In this document: piece after piece, positions 1 through 8,171 of the stretch | Numbering within the stretch: the first letter of the stretch is position 1 | Layout of the letters: the number at the start of each line of letters is the position of its first letter | Source: a virus | Taxonomy: Duplodnaviria > Caudoviricetes | Length of the DNA stretch: 26,899 nt | IMG/VR virus record: IMGVR_UViG_3300027801_000134 | Span: 1 to 26,899 of that record | Strand: one strand, 5' to 3' | Notes under the pieces: generated by a model | The model's database searches: none | Told to the model about the DNA's origin: nothing | The model's input: only the letters and a program-made list of their open reading frames with translations | Position numbers and translations under genes: made by a program

Positions 1-1
1 A

Positions 2-832
2 CTAAGGGTAAAAGTTCCTACCGCTACTAATGAGATTCAAGCAAGGCGTTCAGCAAACCAACTGCTAAGACTTAACCGTAAAGCACAAGGCGCATTAAAA
101 TCAAAAAACCATTCACGCTCTTGGGACTTACAACCGGGAGAGGTAGCAACATATACTCAATCAAACATTGGCGTTGTCAACTCAAAGCAAGCAATTATTG
201 AAGTCAAACATACTCAGCAAGGCATATCGGACTTTCAATTCTCATCTTATGAGAGTGGGCTTGAAGGCGTGATAAACGCGTTCGCAGATGCCGCAGAAGA
301 GAATGCTGAGGCGGGCGAGCCGGATAGGAGTAACCAAACAGTAGTATTAGACATGACAGGTATTGGGCGCGCTAAACTCAAAGCAAAAATGCATATGGAG
401 GTGCGTAGCGTTATCGGTTCTATTGCCCGCGAAACCCCACCTACGACAATAGCAAGCCCCAACACAGGAGCAGACATCCATGCGGGTTTCATCATCGGCC
501 ATCGCCACGCGGACATGACAGGTGCGACTCGCAGCGCTATCAACGGTGGTTACTCTAAAAGGATAGAAACATCAAGTTCATTCACAAGCACTACCATTAC
601 CGTTGCGACAGACGCGACAGTTGGATTCCCGACCGCAGGAAAACTCACAATTAATGATACTGTCACGGTTGCATATACGGGAACAACAAGCACAACCTTC
701 ACAGGTGTGAGCATCATAGCCCCAAGTAGCGGAGTGGCAATACCATCCTCAATCCTCCAAATAAAACTATTAAGACCGCGCGGGCATGAGATAAGAACAG
801 TGAAGTCACTTAAGAGAAGGAGAAGATTGTAA
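2..832 (+). CDS. Virion tail/baseplate-associated protein, 5'-truncated
   Basis: The frame of ORF 269..832 stays open back to base 2 (LRVKVPTATNEIQARRSANQLLRL...WDLQPGEVATY...IIEVKH), a pattern typical of tail hub-type proteins. The C-terminal part is Thr-rich and beta-like. The stop overlaps the next start (TAATG). Confidence 0.5.
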   Translation, partial: LRVKVPTATNEIQARRSANQLLRLNRKAQGALKSKNHSRSWDLQPGEVATYTQSNIGVVNSKQAIIEVKHTQQGISDFQFSSYESGLEGVINAFADAAEENAEAGEPDRSNQTVVLDMTGIGRAKLKAKMHMEVRSVIGSIARETPPTTIASPNTGADIHAGFIIGHRHADMTGATRSAINGGYSKRIETSSSFTSTTITVATDATVGFPTAGKLTINDTVTVAYTGTTSTTFTGVSIIAPSSGVAIPSSILQIKLLRPRGHEIRTVKSLKRRRRL

Positions 833-1179
833 TGCCTATCCTTAACAGTATCAAAAGAAGACTTGTTGAGACTCTTGCGGGTCTTGTTAATGAGTTACAT
901 ATTGGTAGCGACGGAACGGTAGCATCAGCCGACGATGGAGGCGCACGAACCTTAGCCCGCGTAAGCCCTACGGTCACAATCATTGACGACTCAAGCATAT
1001 TGGTTGAAGGCTCATTCAATACATCGCATGTCTATGCGTCACCTATTAAGGAAGTATATCTTCAATACAAAGACGGAACAACAGGGGAGTTTATCCCTGT
1101 CTATCGCGCGGATATTCATTCATTCACTAAGAGCGCACAGAACGAAGTGCGCTTCTCATTTATTTTGGAGTTGGATTAG
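832..1179 (+). CDS. Putative virion structural protein (tail/baseplate region), 115 aa
   Basis: Translationally coupled to both neighbours; beta-rich (LHIGSDGTVASADD...IKEVYLQ...FTKSAQNEVRFSFILELD). Function inferred from position. Confidence 0.45.
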   Translation: MPILNSIKRRLVETLAGLVNELHIGSDGTVASADDGGARTLARVSPTVTIIDDSSILVEGSFNTSHVYASPIKEVYLQYKDGTTGEFIPVYRADIHSFTKSAQNEVRFSFILELD

Positions 1180-1431
1180 ATGGTTAAACACGGCGAAACA
1201 TGCGATTGTGGTAGTGGAAGAATTGCGATGCACAATGCTTTCTTTGAAGAACCAAAATGTATGGATTGTGTTGCAAACGCGACAAATGCCGCACTCCCCG
1301 ATGTTGCTGAGATGAACGCTCAACTTAACCCTCAAGGTGTTGAGCCAAGAAGTGATGACCCGAATTGGCGAGATAATATAGAAGCGGGTGAACCTATGGA
1401 ATTAGCATGGCGATTATTGAAAGGTGATTAA
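1180..1431 (+). CDS. Small Zn-finger protein with C-terminal GEPMxxAxxLLK tag, 83 aa
   Basis: CDC...CMDC near the N-terminus; ends AGEPMELAWRLLKGD; starts immediately after the previous stop. Confidence 0.65.
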   Translation: MVKHGETCDCGSGRIAMHNAFFEEPKCMDCVANATNAALPDVAEMNAQLNPQGVEPRSDDPNWRDNIEAGEPMELAWRLLKGD

Positions 1432-1433
1432 GA

Positions 1434-3902
1434 ATGACAGATAGTTTATCGGGACACACAACAGCCGCAAACACGCTTGGCGCAGACGGATTAAGAGACG
1501 GAGACGCGCTTTCAAGTGCCTCCTTAACAAATATGTTACAAGGTATTCACGGCAATGGAATACTTCGCTTACAGGATGGCGCTTACGGCTCAACTCGTAA
1601 CGCTGCCAATTCGCAACCGGGCGCTATGGTGAAACATAGCGACGCGTGGAAACTGACAGTCACCGGAGGATATGCTGTTCTTGATGGAGTGCTGTATGAA
1701 TTCGCGGGCGGGCCGGGTGGAACAGCCACTCTTATTTTAGGCGACAGTGGTGACGGAACAGGTGGTGTCAATCTAACAGCCACAACAGAAGAAGCCCTGT
1801 ATGTCATTTATGTCGCATCCGATAGCGGAGAGGCTAATGTTCACTACGAAGGCGGTAGCCCCGTGAGGACAACTGACGGTCTATATCCGGTAGCAGGGCA
1901 TCAGTATCTTAGAGATTACAATACAGGCGCGAGCCAAACAAATATGAAAACCACAGTGCTTGCAGTAGTGAGAGTCAAGGGTGGAGGTGGAGGGAATCAC
2001 AGTGCTAACATTCAAGAGATTAACGATAAGCGCGTGTTCTTAGCACCTTCTGTTCAATACATGGTTCCTCTATCAACGGACACAATAGGTAGCAACAAAG
2101 TCACTACCGGAGGCGCGCATGGTGTCAACACAATCACTCACCTTAATGCTTTACAAAGCGAGGCTGGCGACTTAGCAGTAGGGGATTCAGTCACAGCACT
2201 GTGGCCGAGCCATCCGCGCTTCGGTAGCCATAGTCAAACAGCCGCCGGTTCATCGGATGCGGGTTACGGGCAAGGCCCATCGCGCGGTGCGGACATTGCA
2301 GGTAATCATGTAAAGAATGAATTGTATTTCGCAGGGCGTAACAATGAAGGGACAGGGCATTTCTCCACTCGTATTGCAGGGCGCGGAGTTGACGCGAACA
2401 CAACTGTGCTTACAGGTAGCATCACAATCATCCTAACGGCTGATGGAGATTCATTCTTGATTCTCAAAGTTGAAGACGGTGATACAGTCACACTCAATCC
2501 CGAAAGAGATGGGTCATCCAAATACAAGTTCCCCGAAGGTCACATCATAGAAGTATGTAATGATAGCGCAGGAACGGGTATCATCAAGTTTGACAATTAC
2601 AGCGATTCGGCAGACCTTGACGCTACACTCTCTCCTACACACCGCGCTACCTTCGTTTACGAGGGTAGTAAGTGGGTGCGTTGCGACTACCAATCAGCAA
2701 TCAGTGGCGCTATCAGCGCGATTACAGCAGGGACAGGACTGACCGGCAGTTCGCTCACATCGGGAACAGCAGTTCTCAATGTGATTGGCGGAACAGGAAT
2801 CACCGCTAACGCTGACGATATAGCAATCACAAACGGAGGGGTGGACACAGACCAATTAGCCGACGATGCTGTCACAGAAGACAAGTTAGCCAACTCACTA
2901 CTCGCTGAGATAGACGCGAACACAGCGAAGGCTACCAATGTAGTCACCAACTTATCCATAACAGGTAGTGCGGCGGCAAGGACAATAGTTTCTTCGGATG
3001 GAACAGACGCAGTTATACCAATCGCTACTACATCAGTATCGGGGTTATTGAGTCCCGGTTTATTTGATGAGATAGACGCTAACACAGCAAAGGCTACCAA
3101 TGTTGATACCGACCTTACAGCCACAGCGAACGGCACTTCTCTAACTATCAATTCTTCGGATGGAGACAATGTTGCTTTACCTGCCGCCACGACAGACGCG
3201 TGGGGAGTTATGACTGATGAAATGTTTGACGCTATTGCCGCTAACACAGCAAAGGCTACCAATGTAGTCACCAACTTATCCATATCGGGAAGCACAGGTG
3301 CGAGAACAATAGAGTCTTCGGATGGAACGAATGCAACTATACCCGTTGCTACTACAAGCGTGTCGGGTGTAATGAGTAATGCAATCTTTGATGCTGTTAC
3401 CGCTAACACAGCGAAGAATACAGCACTCACTAACGCGCAAGTAAGAACGGCTGTTGAGGCCGCAACCGATTCAAATGTATTTACCGACGCAGACCATACT
3501 AAGTTGAACGGTGTTACCGCAAGCGCTGTCTCCGCCGCAGAAGCAATCGTAGCAGTTGAAGGAGAGTCCACTCTTCTATTAGCAGGGCAAGTGAACCTTC
3601 GCGCTGATATAGAAGTTTGCACAAGCGACCCCGCACCCACAATTGCTCAATCGGGTAGGATATTTCAATTCACTAAAGGAAGCGCGGGAGTGTTCACTTT
3701 ACCTGCAAGCCCCACAGTGGGTGTTCAATATGTTTTAGTGAACGGGTCGGCTAATGATATTGTCATTACAAGACCGGCAAGCGGCTATAAAATCAACGGC
3801 GCAACCTCAAATGTAACCAACACTACTCAATGGGCGGCTACATCCATAGTGTGTGTAGTCGCTGGTAGTTCCGGTGAGTGGCTTGTGTTCGGAGGTATTT
3901 GA
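1434..3902 (+). CDS. Tail fibre / receptor-binding-like protein, 822 aa
   Basis: Gly/Ala/Thr-rich; N-terminal LTVTGGYAVLDG anchor-like segment; AGTGLTG and 'QLADDAVTEDKLA' fibre-type motifs; 54-aa tandem repeats; C-terminal 'FTLPASPTVG...KING...W' tip-like domain; GGTGA SD upstream. Confidence 0.7.
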   Translation: MTDSLSGHTTAANTLGADGLRDGDALSSASLTNMLQGIHGNGILRLQDGAYGSTRNAANSQPGAMVKHSDAWKLTVTGGYAVLDGVLYEFAGGPGGTATLILGDSGDGTGGVNLTATTEEALYVIYVASDSGEANVHYEGGSPVRTTDGLYPVAGHQYLRDYNTGASQTNMKTTVLAVVRVKGGGGGNHSANIQEINDKRVFLAPSVQYMVPLSTDTIGSNKVTTGGAHGVNTITHLNALQSEAGDLAVGDSVTALWPSHPRFGSHSQTAAGSSDAGYGQGPSRGADIAGNHVKNELYFAGRNNEGTGHFSTRIAGRGVDANTTVLTGSITIILTADGDSFLILKVEDGDTVTLNPERDGSSKYKFPEGHIIEVCNDSAGTGIIKFDNYSDSADLDATLSPTHRATFVYEGSKWVRCDYQSAISGAISAITAGTGLTGSSLTSGTAVLNVIGGTGITANADDIAITNGGVDTDQLADDAVTEDKLANSLLAEIDANTAKATNVVTNLSITGSAAARTIVSSDGTDAVIPIATTSVSGLLSPGLFDEIDANTAKATNVDTDLTATANGTSLTINSSDGDNVALPAATTDAWGVMTDEMFDAIAANTAKATNVVTNLSISGSTGARTIESSDGTNATIPVATTSVSGVMSNAIFDAVTANTAKNTALTNAQVRTAVEAATDSNVFTDADHTKLNGVTASAVSAAEAIVAVEGESTLLLAGQVNLRADIEVCTSDPAPTIAQSGRIFQFTKGSAGVFTLPASPTVGVQYVLVNGSANDIVITRPASGYKINGATSNVTNTTQWAATSIVCVVAGSSGEWLVFGGI
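2907..3419 (+). repeat. Intragenic tandem repeat, 162 bp (54 aa) period, 3 copies plus a partial fourth
   Basis: The ANTAK(A/N)T motif recurs at 2907, 3069, 3231 and 3393, exactly 162 bp apart. Each full unit has the pattern ...SSDG...P.ATT..GV/L...FD. Confidence 0.9.
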
Positions 3903-4291
3903 TGTTCCCTATTGTAAGCGGTGTTGCTATGGGTCAAGGCGCGGCGGCTTTCGCTATCGCAGTTACAGATAATTCCCCCGCATCCCAAATTGTTTTACCA
4001 CAACAAGGTTTGCCAAGCAATCCCGGCGAAATCAATTTTGTAGTTGCCGCTTCGGGTGGTTCGGGTTCATACACATACACATGGCTACTTATCTTAACAG
4101 ATAGCGGAGGGGGTATGCTGTCTATCGCAGGGCAAGGAACAACTAACGGAACTACATATAGCGATGCCCAAGTGGTAGGCGGAACTAATGCCGGTCAGCC
4201 GGGCATCCTAACCATACGATGCACAGTCTCCGATGGTGTAGCAACTGATATAGTGTCGGACACCAACATGACCAGCATAGCGTTATATTGA
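3902..4291 (+). CDS. Ig-like/beta-sandwich virion accessory protein, 129 aa
   Basis: ATG at 3902 overlaps the fibre stop (TGATG). ASGGSGSYTYTW and CTVSDG are typical of Ig/PKD/SprB-like folds. Confidence 0.5.
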   Translation: MFPIVSGVAMGQGAAAFAIAVTDNSPASQIVLPQQGLPSNPGEINFVVAASGGSGSYTYTWLLILTDSGGGMLSIAGQGTTNGTTYSDAQVVGGTNAGQPGILTIRCTVSDGVATDIVSDTNMTSIALY

Positions 4292-4300
4292 GGTGATATT

Positions 4301-4507
4301 ATGGGTAAATTAAAAGAGAGATTAAGTCAAAGTTGCGCGGGTTGTAAAAGAAATGTTCTCGCGCGACGCATAGAAGGCCGATATGTTCATGAACGAGATA
4401 CGCGTGTGCTGATTTGGGAGTGTCCGCCATGCGGTCACTTGTGGCAAGAGTCGCGGCTTACTAAAAACAAATTCAAGAAACACAGAACAGGTGATTTAGA
4501 TGAGTAA
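4301..4507 (+). CDS. Zn-ribbon protein, 68 aa
   Basis: CAGC...WECPPCGHLW; SD GAGGTGA upstream. Confidence 0.65.
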   Translation: MGKLKERLSQSCAGCKRNVLARRIEGRYVHERDTRVLIWECPPCGHLWQESRLTKNKFKKHRTGDLDE

Positions 4508-5705
4508 TAAAGAAGATGTTATGAAACCCAACAAGACACAGAAAGGCAAGAATTCTGTCTTAGTCATCGCAATAGGTAAAGACCCAAAGATGGGGCCGGG
4601 CGAAAGAGATTCACCAAAGGCGGTAAAGAAAGCATTCAATTTCCTCAAGAACGCTGATAAAAAGAACACAAGACAATCTAACTTTGAGGCTCGCAGGGCA
4701 AGAAGAGAGGCTCGCGCGGCAGAAAACAAAGCATACAATGAAGGGACAGCAACGCCCGAAGTTAAGGCTAAGATTGATGAGTCAAAAAAGAACACAGCAA
4801 GCGGGGTTAACCAAAACCTACGATACGCGAATAACAAAGGCGGGACTCAAACAAAGCGCATGCCTAAGCAACCTTCGCAGGCATTTGACCCTTCTCAATT
4901 TGATAAGTTGGTTGAGAGATTCAGCCTTAGTGATAAGAACAGCCCCGGAAAACTCAGTAGCGTCAACAGAATGGAGTTAGCGCGAAAGTTAGGTATTCAG
5001 CCGAGCATGCTCACACAGGATAACAGCGACCTTGCGCAACATAAGGTGTATGAGGCTATGAGTGAGTTAGGGGCATCGCGAGCAGGTGAGAGAAGAGAAG
5101 CGAGAGGAAACCTTAACGACTTTGCAGACAAGCGAGGTAAGAAAAGAGGTAGCAATTTAACAGACCCAGATGATTACCCCGGCCCGATTCATGGGAGTGA
5201 CTATCCCGAATTAGATGATGCTATGGAAGGCAGGGGCAACGCTTGGGAAGAAGACAACGACCCCGACTTAGAAGAAGAAGGCGGAGAAGAAGAAGCATTA
5301 GGTCAAGCAATGGAACGGTTAAGGTCATCGCGCTCACACCAACACCCTAAAGAAGATGGTAGGAATAAGGACTTAGATACAGGATTCAACGGTTTGATGA
5401 ATGAACCGAGTGGTGGCACAGTTCCTTTCGGTGCAAGCGGCGGTGTTGAAGGTGGCGCTAAAACACAACTAACACCAAGAAGTGGTAAGACCAAGCGAGA
5501 ATTAGGACCGCGCAAGCGAGGCGGAGAGCCTACTTTCGCAGAAGAGTATTCGGGATTCATGCCTCCACAACAACCAACAAAACTCTCATCCCCGCAAGAT
5601 GAAGATGAAGAAGAAGACCTACCCGAATACCCACAGATGTTAACAGGTGAGCCAATGAACCTCGCGTTCCGTCTATTGAAGAGTATGAAAAAGCGTGTAT
5701 TGTGA
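4500..5705 (+). CDS. Low-complexity charged protein with possible HTH and C-terminal GEPM tag, 401 aa
   Basis: SD AGGTGA; basic N-half and acidic C-half; HTH-like VNRMELARKLGIQPSML; ends TGEPMNLAFRLLKSMKKRVL. Confidence 0.7.
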   Translation: MSNKEDVMKPNKTQKGKNSVLVIAIGKDPKMGPGERDSPKAVKKAFNFLKNADKKNTRQSNFEARRARREARAAENKAYNEGTATPEVKAKIDESKKNTASGVNQNLRYANNKGGTQTKRMPKQPSQAFDPSQFDKLVERFSLSDKNSPGKLSSVNRMELARKLGIQPSMLTQDNSDLAQHKVYEAMSELGASRAGERREARGNLNDFADKRGKKRGSNLTDPDDYPGPIHGSDYPELDDAMEGRGNAWEEDNDPDLEEEGGEEEALGQAMERLRSSRSHQHPKEDGRNKDLDTGFNGLMNEPSGGTVPFGASGGVEGGAKTQLTPRSGKTKRELGPRKRGGEPTFAEEYSGFMPPQQPTKLSSPQDEDEEEDLPEYPQMLTGEPMNLAFRLLKSMKKRVL

Positions 5706-5848
5706 TGGTAATGATTCGCGGTAGTATGGCTGATTGGAGATGGAAAGGATGCTGTTATTATGCTGACGACTCACAACCTTTCGGATTCTGTAAGAAGTGC
5801 TGGATTGAACATGGAAGACCGGAGGGTATGAAGAATGCTACCGAATGA
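5705..5848 (+). CDS. Unannotated Cys-rich microprotein, 47 aa
   Basis: Read directly: MVMIRGSMADWRWKGCCYYADDSQPFGFCKKCWIEHGRPEGMKNATE. It has a TGATG overlap with the upstream stop and fills the gap between two genes. Confidence 0.55.
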   Translation: MVMIRGSMADWRWKGCCYYADDSQPFGFCKKCWIEHGRPEGMKNATE

Positions 5849-8039
5849 TGTCGCGTTCTCTATACTCAAGAACAAGCGCGCTCAAGCGAAAGCCGCCGCA
5901 CACCCGGACCAACAACGCTTAACTCATCCCTCTCCTCAAAATAATCTTGAGGGTGAAAACGCAGGGCTGCAATCCGAGGTCTCTCAATTCATTCAACGCT
6001 TAGAACACAAGCAGAAGGAATTAGCGGCGCGCGAGAAACAACGCGAGAAGTATGAGAAAGAAAGACAAGACATGATGCAACCGGGTCAGCAGACACTACC
6101 GCAACCCCCCGCGCTTCCGCAACCCGACCAAGATATTCAACAAGTCACTCAACAAAATCAAAATAAATTTGAAAATGGTTTAGGGTTCAAGCGAAGCATC
6201 CTTGAAGAAATGGAAATGCTCGGTATGATTCGTAAAAAAAAAGATGATTGGGCGGACTACGATGCTGTAATTCCCGACGACCCTCTTGATGAGGAGTTCA
6301 AATGCCCCGCCTGTGGAGGCGCAGGTGGCAAAGATGAAGGTGGCGAAGATGGTGTCATGCGCGGAGACCCGGATGATTATATAACTTGCTGGACATGTAA
6401 AGGTAGCGGTTCAATTGAACCGGCGCACCATCCGGGGATAGACAATCAAGGCGCGGTAGCCGGAACGATTTTTGATATTCGCGACGAAGACCATCGTGAA
6501 AAATATGATGCTGAGAACGCAATGCCTGTCGGAGACACGGCTTATCAAACAGAAGAAGGTATATTGGACCCTAAGAGAATGGGTTATGAAAGAGATGGGC
6601 GCATGAAACAGACGCGCTATCCTATTGCAACCCCACAAGAAGGCGTGGTCTATCACCCCGAATTGCAACACAGGCTACCTGCTGTATATACACGCGAGTG
6701 GGACGGTCAGCCTTCATGGAGCGGTATGCCTCTCGGCGTTCCGGGTAGTGATTTCAAGAGAAGCGAACCAATGGACATCGCTATGCAGTTGTTGAAACGC
6801 CAAACCGAATTAGGTGAACATCATGAAGATTTACCGTCATCACACGGACCCGTTGTTAGGTATCATGGCACAAAAGGAGATGTAGCACAGGATATACTAC
6901 AAGGAGAAAATCAAGGTCTTAAGGATTTGGAAGATAGGAGTATAACAGACGACCCTAATGAAGCGTTATCATACGGTGTTGAGCGAAGCAATCACAGAAG
7001 CGGTAGCACAGCACGGGCGCAAGAGATGTATGCGTCAGCACCCGCAATGGTTGGGGTAAGGAGAAATGCTCCTATGCCCCAACACTATGGTAGGAGTCAT
7101 GGTATGAGGAGTCGCAACGATTTCCCCGACGCGCTACATTATGGCGGAGCGGTGGACAGGAAATACCTAACCCCCGTCAATACAAATCAATTTGACAGGC
7201 GCGATACCATTCAAAACAGAAACGATAGGGGTGATATAACAGATAGAACAATGAACTATCCGCCTATTTCTCAAAATCAAAATCAGAAAGCACAAGCGCG
7301 CTTTAAAGAAGGGCAACCGGGTTACAAAAAGCCCGACATTTTTGGTTGGGATGAAAAGAGAAACTTTCCTGCTGACGACCAGCCCGACTTAGACGGGCGG
7401 TTTTACACACATGAGCAAGAATGGAATAACCAAAACAATCAAAGAGCGAGAGACGACCCCCGTGTAGCCCATCTAAACAGATTTAATCGTTTTAGACGAG
7501 GACCGTCCGAAGCGCAAATGAACTACAAACCTTACAATCCTCAACCCGCGCCTGTTCAACAACCAGCAGACCCACAACAGCGACAACTATACCAACATCA
7601 ACAACAAGAACAAATCCAAAGAGGAGAACCAATGGACATTGTTATGCGTCTATTGAAGCATGCCGAGACTCCCGAAGCCAAGAAGCACAAGAGTGAGTAT
7701 GACACCAAGTATGAGTCAACACCGGACCGCATCAAGTATCGCACTGAACTTACTCAAGAGCGACGCAAGCGACATGTTGATGGTAAAGGCGGTAAGGACA
7801 TGAGCCACACCGCAAGCGGGAAAATCGTTCCCGAAGACATGCATGCTAATCGCGCGAGGCATTTCAAAGAACGAGGCACACTCAAGAAGACTGTGTTTGT
7901 GAAACAACAATGCCCGACCCCTTCTAAGAAAGCATACAGCAATGGAGAAGAAGCACACCAAGACGCATCAATGATGGGAGGAGGGTTAGGCGTGTATCAA
8001 TGCCCTTGCGGGGCTTACCATTTCACATCTAACCAATGA
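5835..8039 (+). CDS. Multimodular protein (coiled coil, CxxCxGxG Zn finger, ART-like, Q/N-rich, HNH-like, C-terminal Zn finger), 734 aa
   Basis: SD GGAGG; CPACGGAGG...CWTCKGSG; RYHGT...SITDDPNEALSY; GGKDMSHT...ANRARH; CPTPSKKAY...YQCPCGAYHFTS; two internal EPMDIxMxLLK motifs. Confidence 0.75.
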   Translation: MLPNDVAFSILKNKRAQAKAAAHPDQQRLTHPSPQNNLEGENAGLQSEVSQFIQRLEHKQKELAAREKQREKYEKERQDMMQPGQQTLPQPPALPQPDQDIQQVTQQNQNKFENGLGFKRSILEEMEMLGMIRKKKDDWADYDAVIPDDPLDEEFKCPACGGAGGKDEGGEDGVMRGDPDDYITCWTCKGSGSIEPAHHPGIDNQGAVAGTIFDIRDEDHREKYDAENAMPVGDTAYQTEEGILDPKRMGYERDGRMKQTRYPIATPQEGVVYHPELQHRLPAVYTREWDGQPSWSGMPLGVPGSDFKRSEPMDIAMQLLKRQTELGEHHEDLPSSHGPVVRYHGTKGDVAQDILQGENQGLKDLEDRSITDDPNEALSYGVERSNHRSGSTARAQEMYASAPAMVGVRRNAPMPQHYGRSHGMRSRNDFPDALHYGGAVDRKYLTPVNTNQFDRRDTIQNRNDRGDITDRTMNYPPISQNQNQKAQARFKEGQPGYKKPDIFGWDEKRNFPADDQPDLDGRFYTHEQEWNNQNNQRARDDPRVAHLNRFNRFRRGPSEAQMNYKPYNPQPAPVQQPADPQQRQLYQHQQQEQIQRGEPMDIVMRLLKHAETPEAKKHKSEYDTKYESTPDRIKYRTELTQERRKRHVDGKGGKDMSHTASGKIVPEDMHANRARHFKERGTLKKTVFVKQQCPTPSKKAYSNGEEAHQDASMMGGGLGVYQCPCGAYHFTSNQ

Positions 8040-8171
8040 TTATTCCTCTTCGTCCATCTCACCTTTTAGATTGTTCGCCTTGTATATGCTATAATTCAAG
8101 ACTGCGTATAGAATCTCAAGAAATATAACACCCATCAGTATAAGCGCGATTTGTTCCCACAGCATTAGCAT
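8040..8171 (-). CDS. Unannotated single-TM microprotein, 43 aa
   Basis: MLMLWEQIALILMGVIFLEILYAVLNYSIYKANNLKGEMDEEE; TGATG overlap with the chaperonin stop. Confidence 0.6.
   Translation of the reverse strand: MLMLWEQIALILMGVIFLEILYAVLNYSIYKANNLKGEMDEEE

Noticed and set aside
983-1315. 110-aa overlapping + strand ORF
   Set aside because: It straddles two well-coupled genes in another frame and has no SD or motif.
2687-3640. 317-aa antisense ORF opposite the tail fibre
   Set aside because: It is a shadow of the Ala/Thr-rich repeat coding on the + strand, with no SD or independent motif.
5905-7595. QxxL motifs (QQRL, QQTL, QTEL, QRQL) as PCNA-interacting PIP boxes
   Set aside because: They lack the aromatic pair and lie mostly in Q-rich sequence where such matches are expected by chance.
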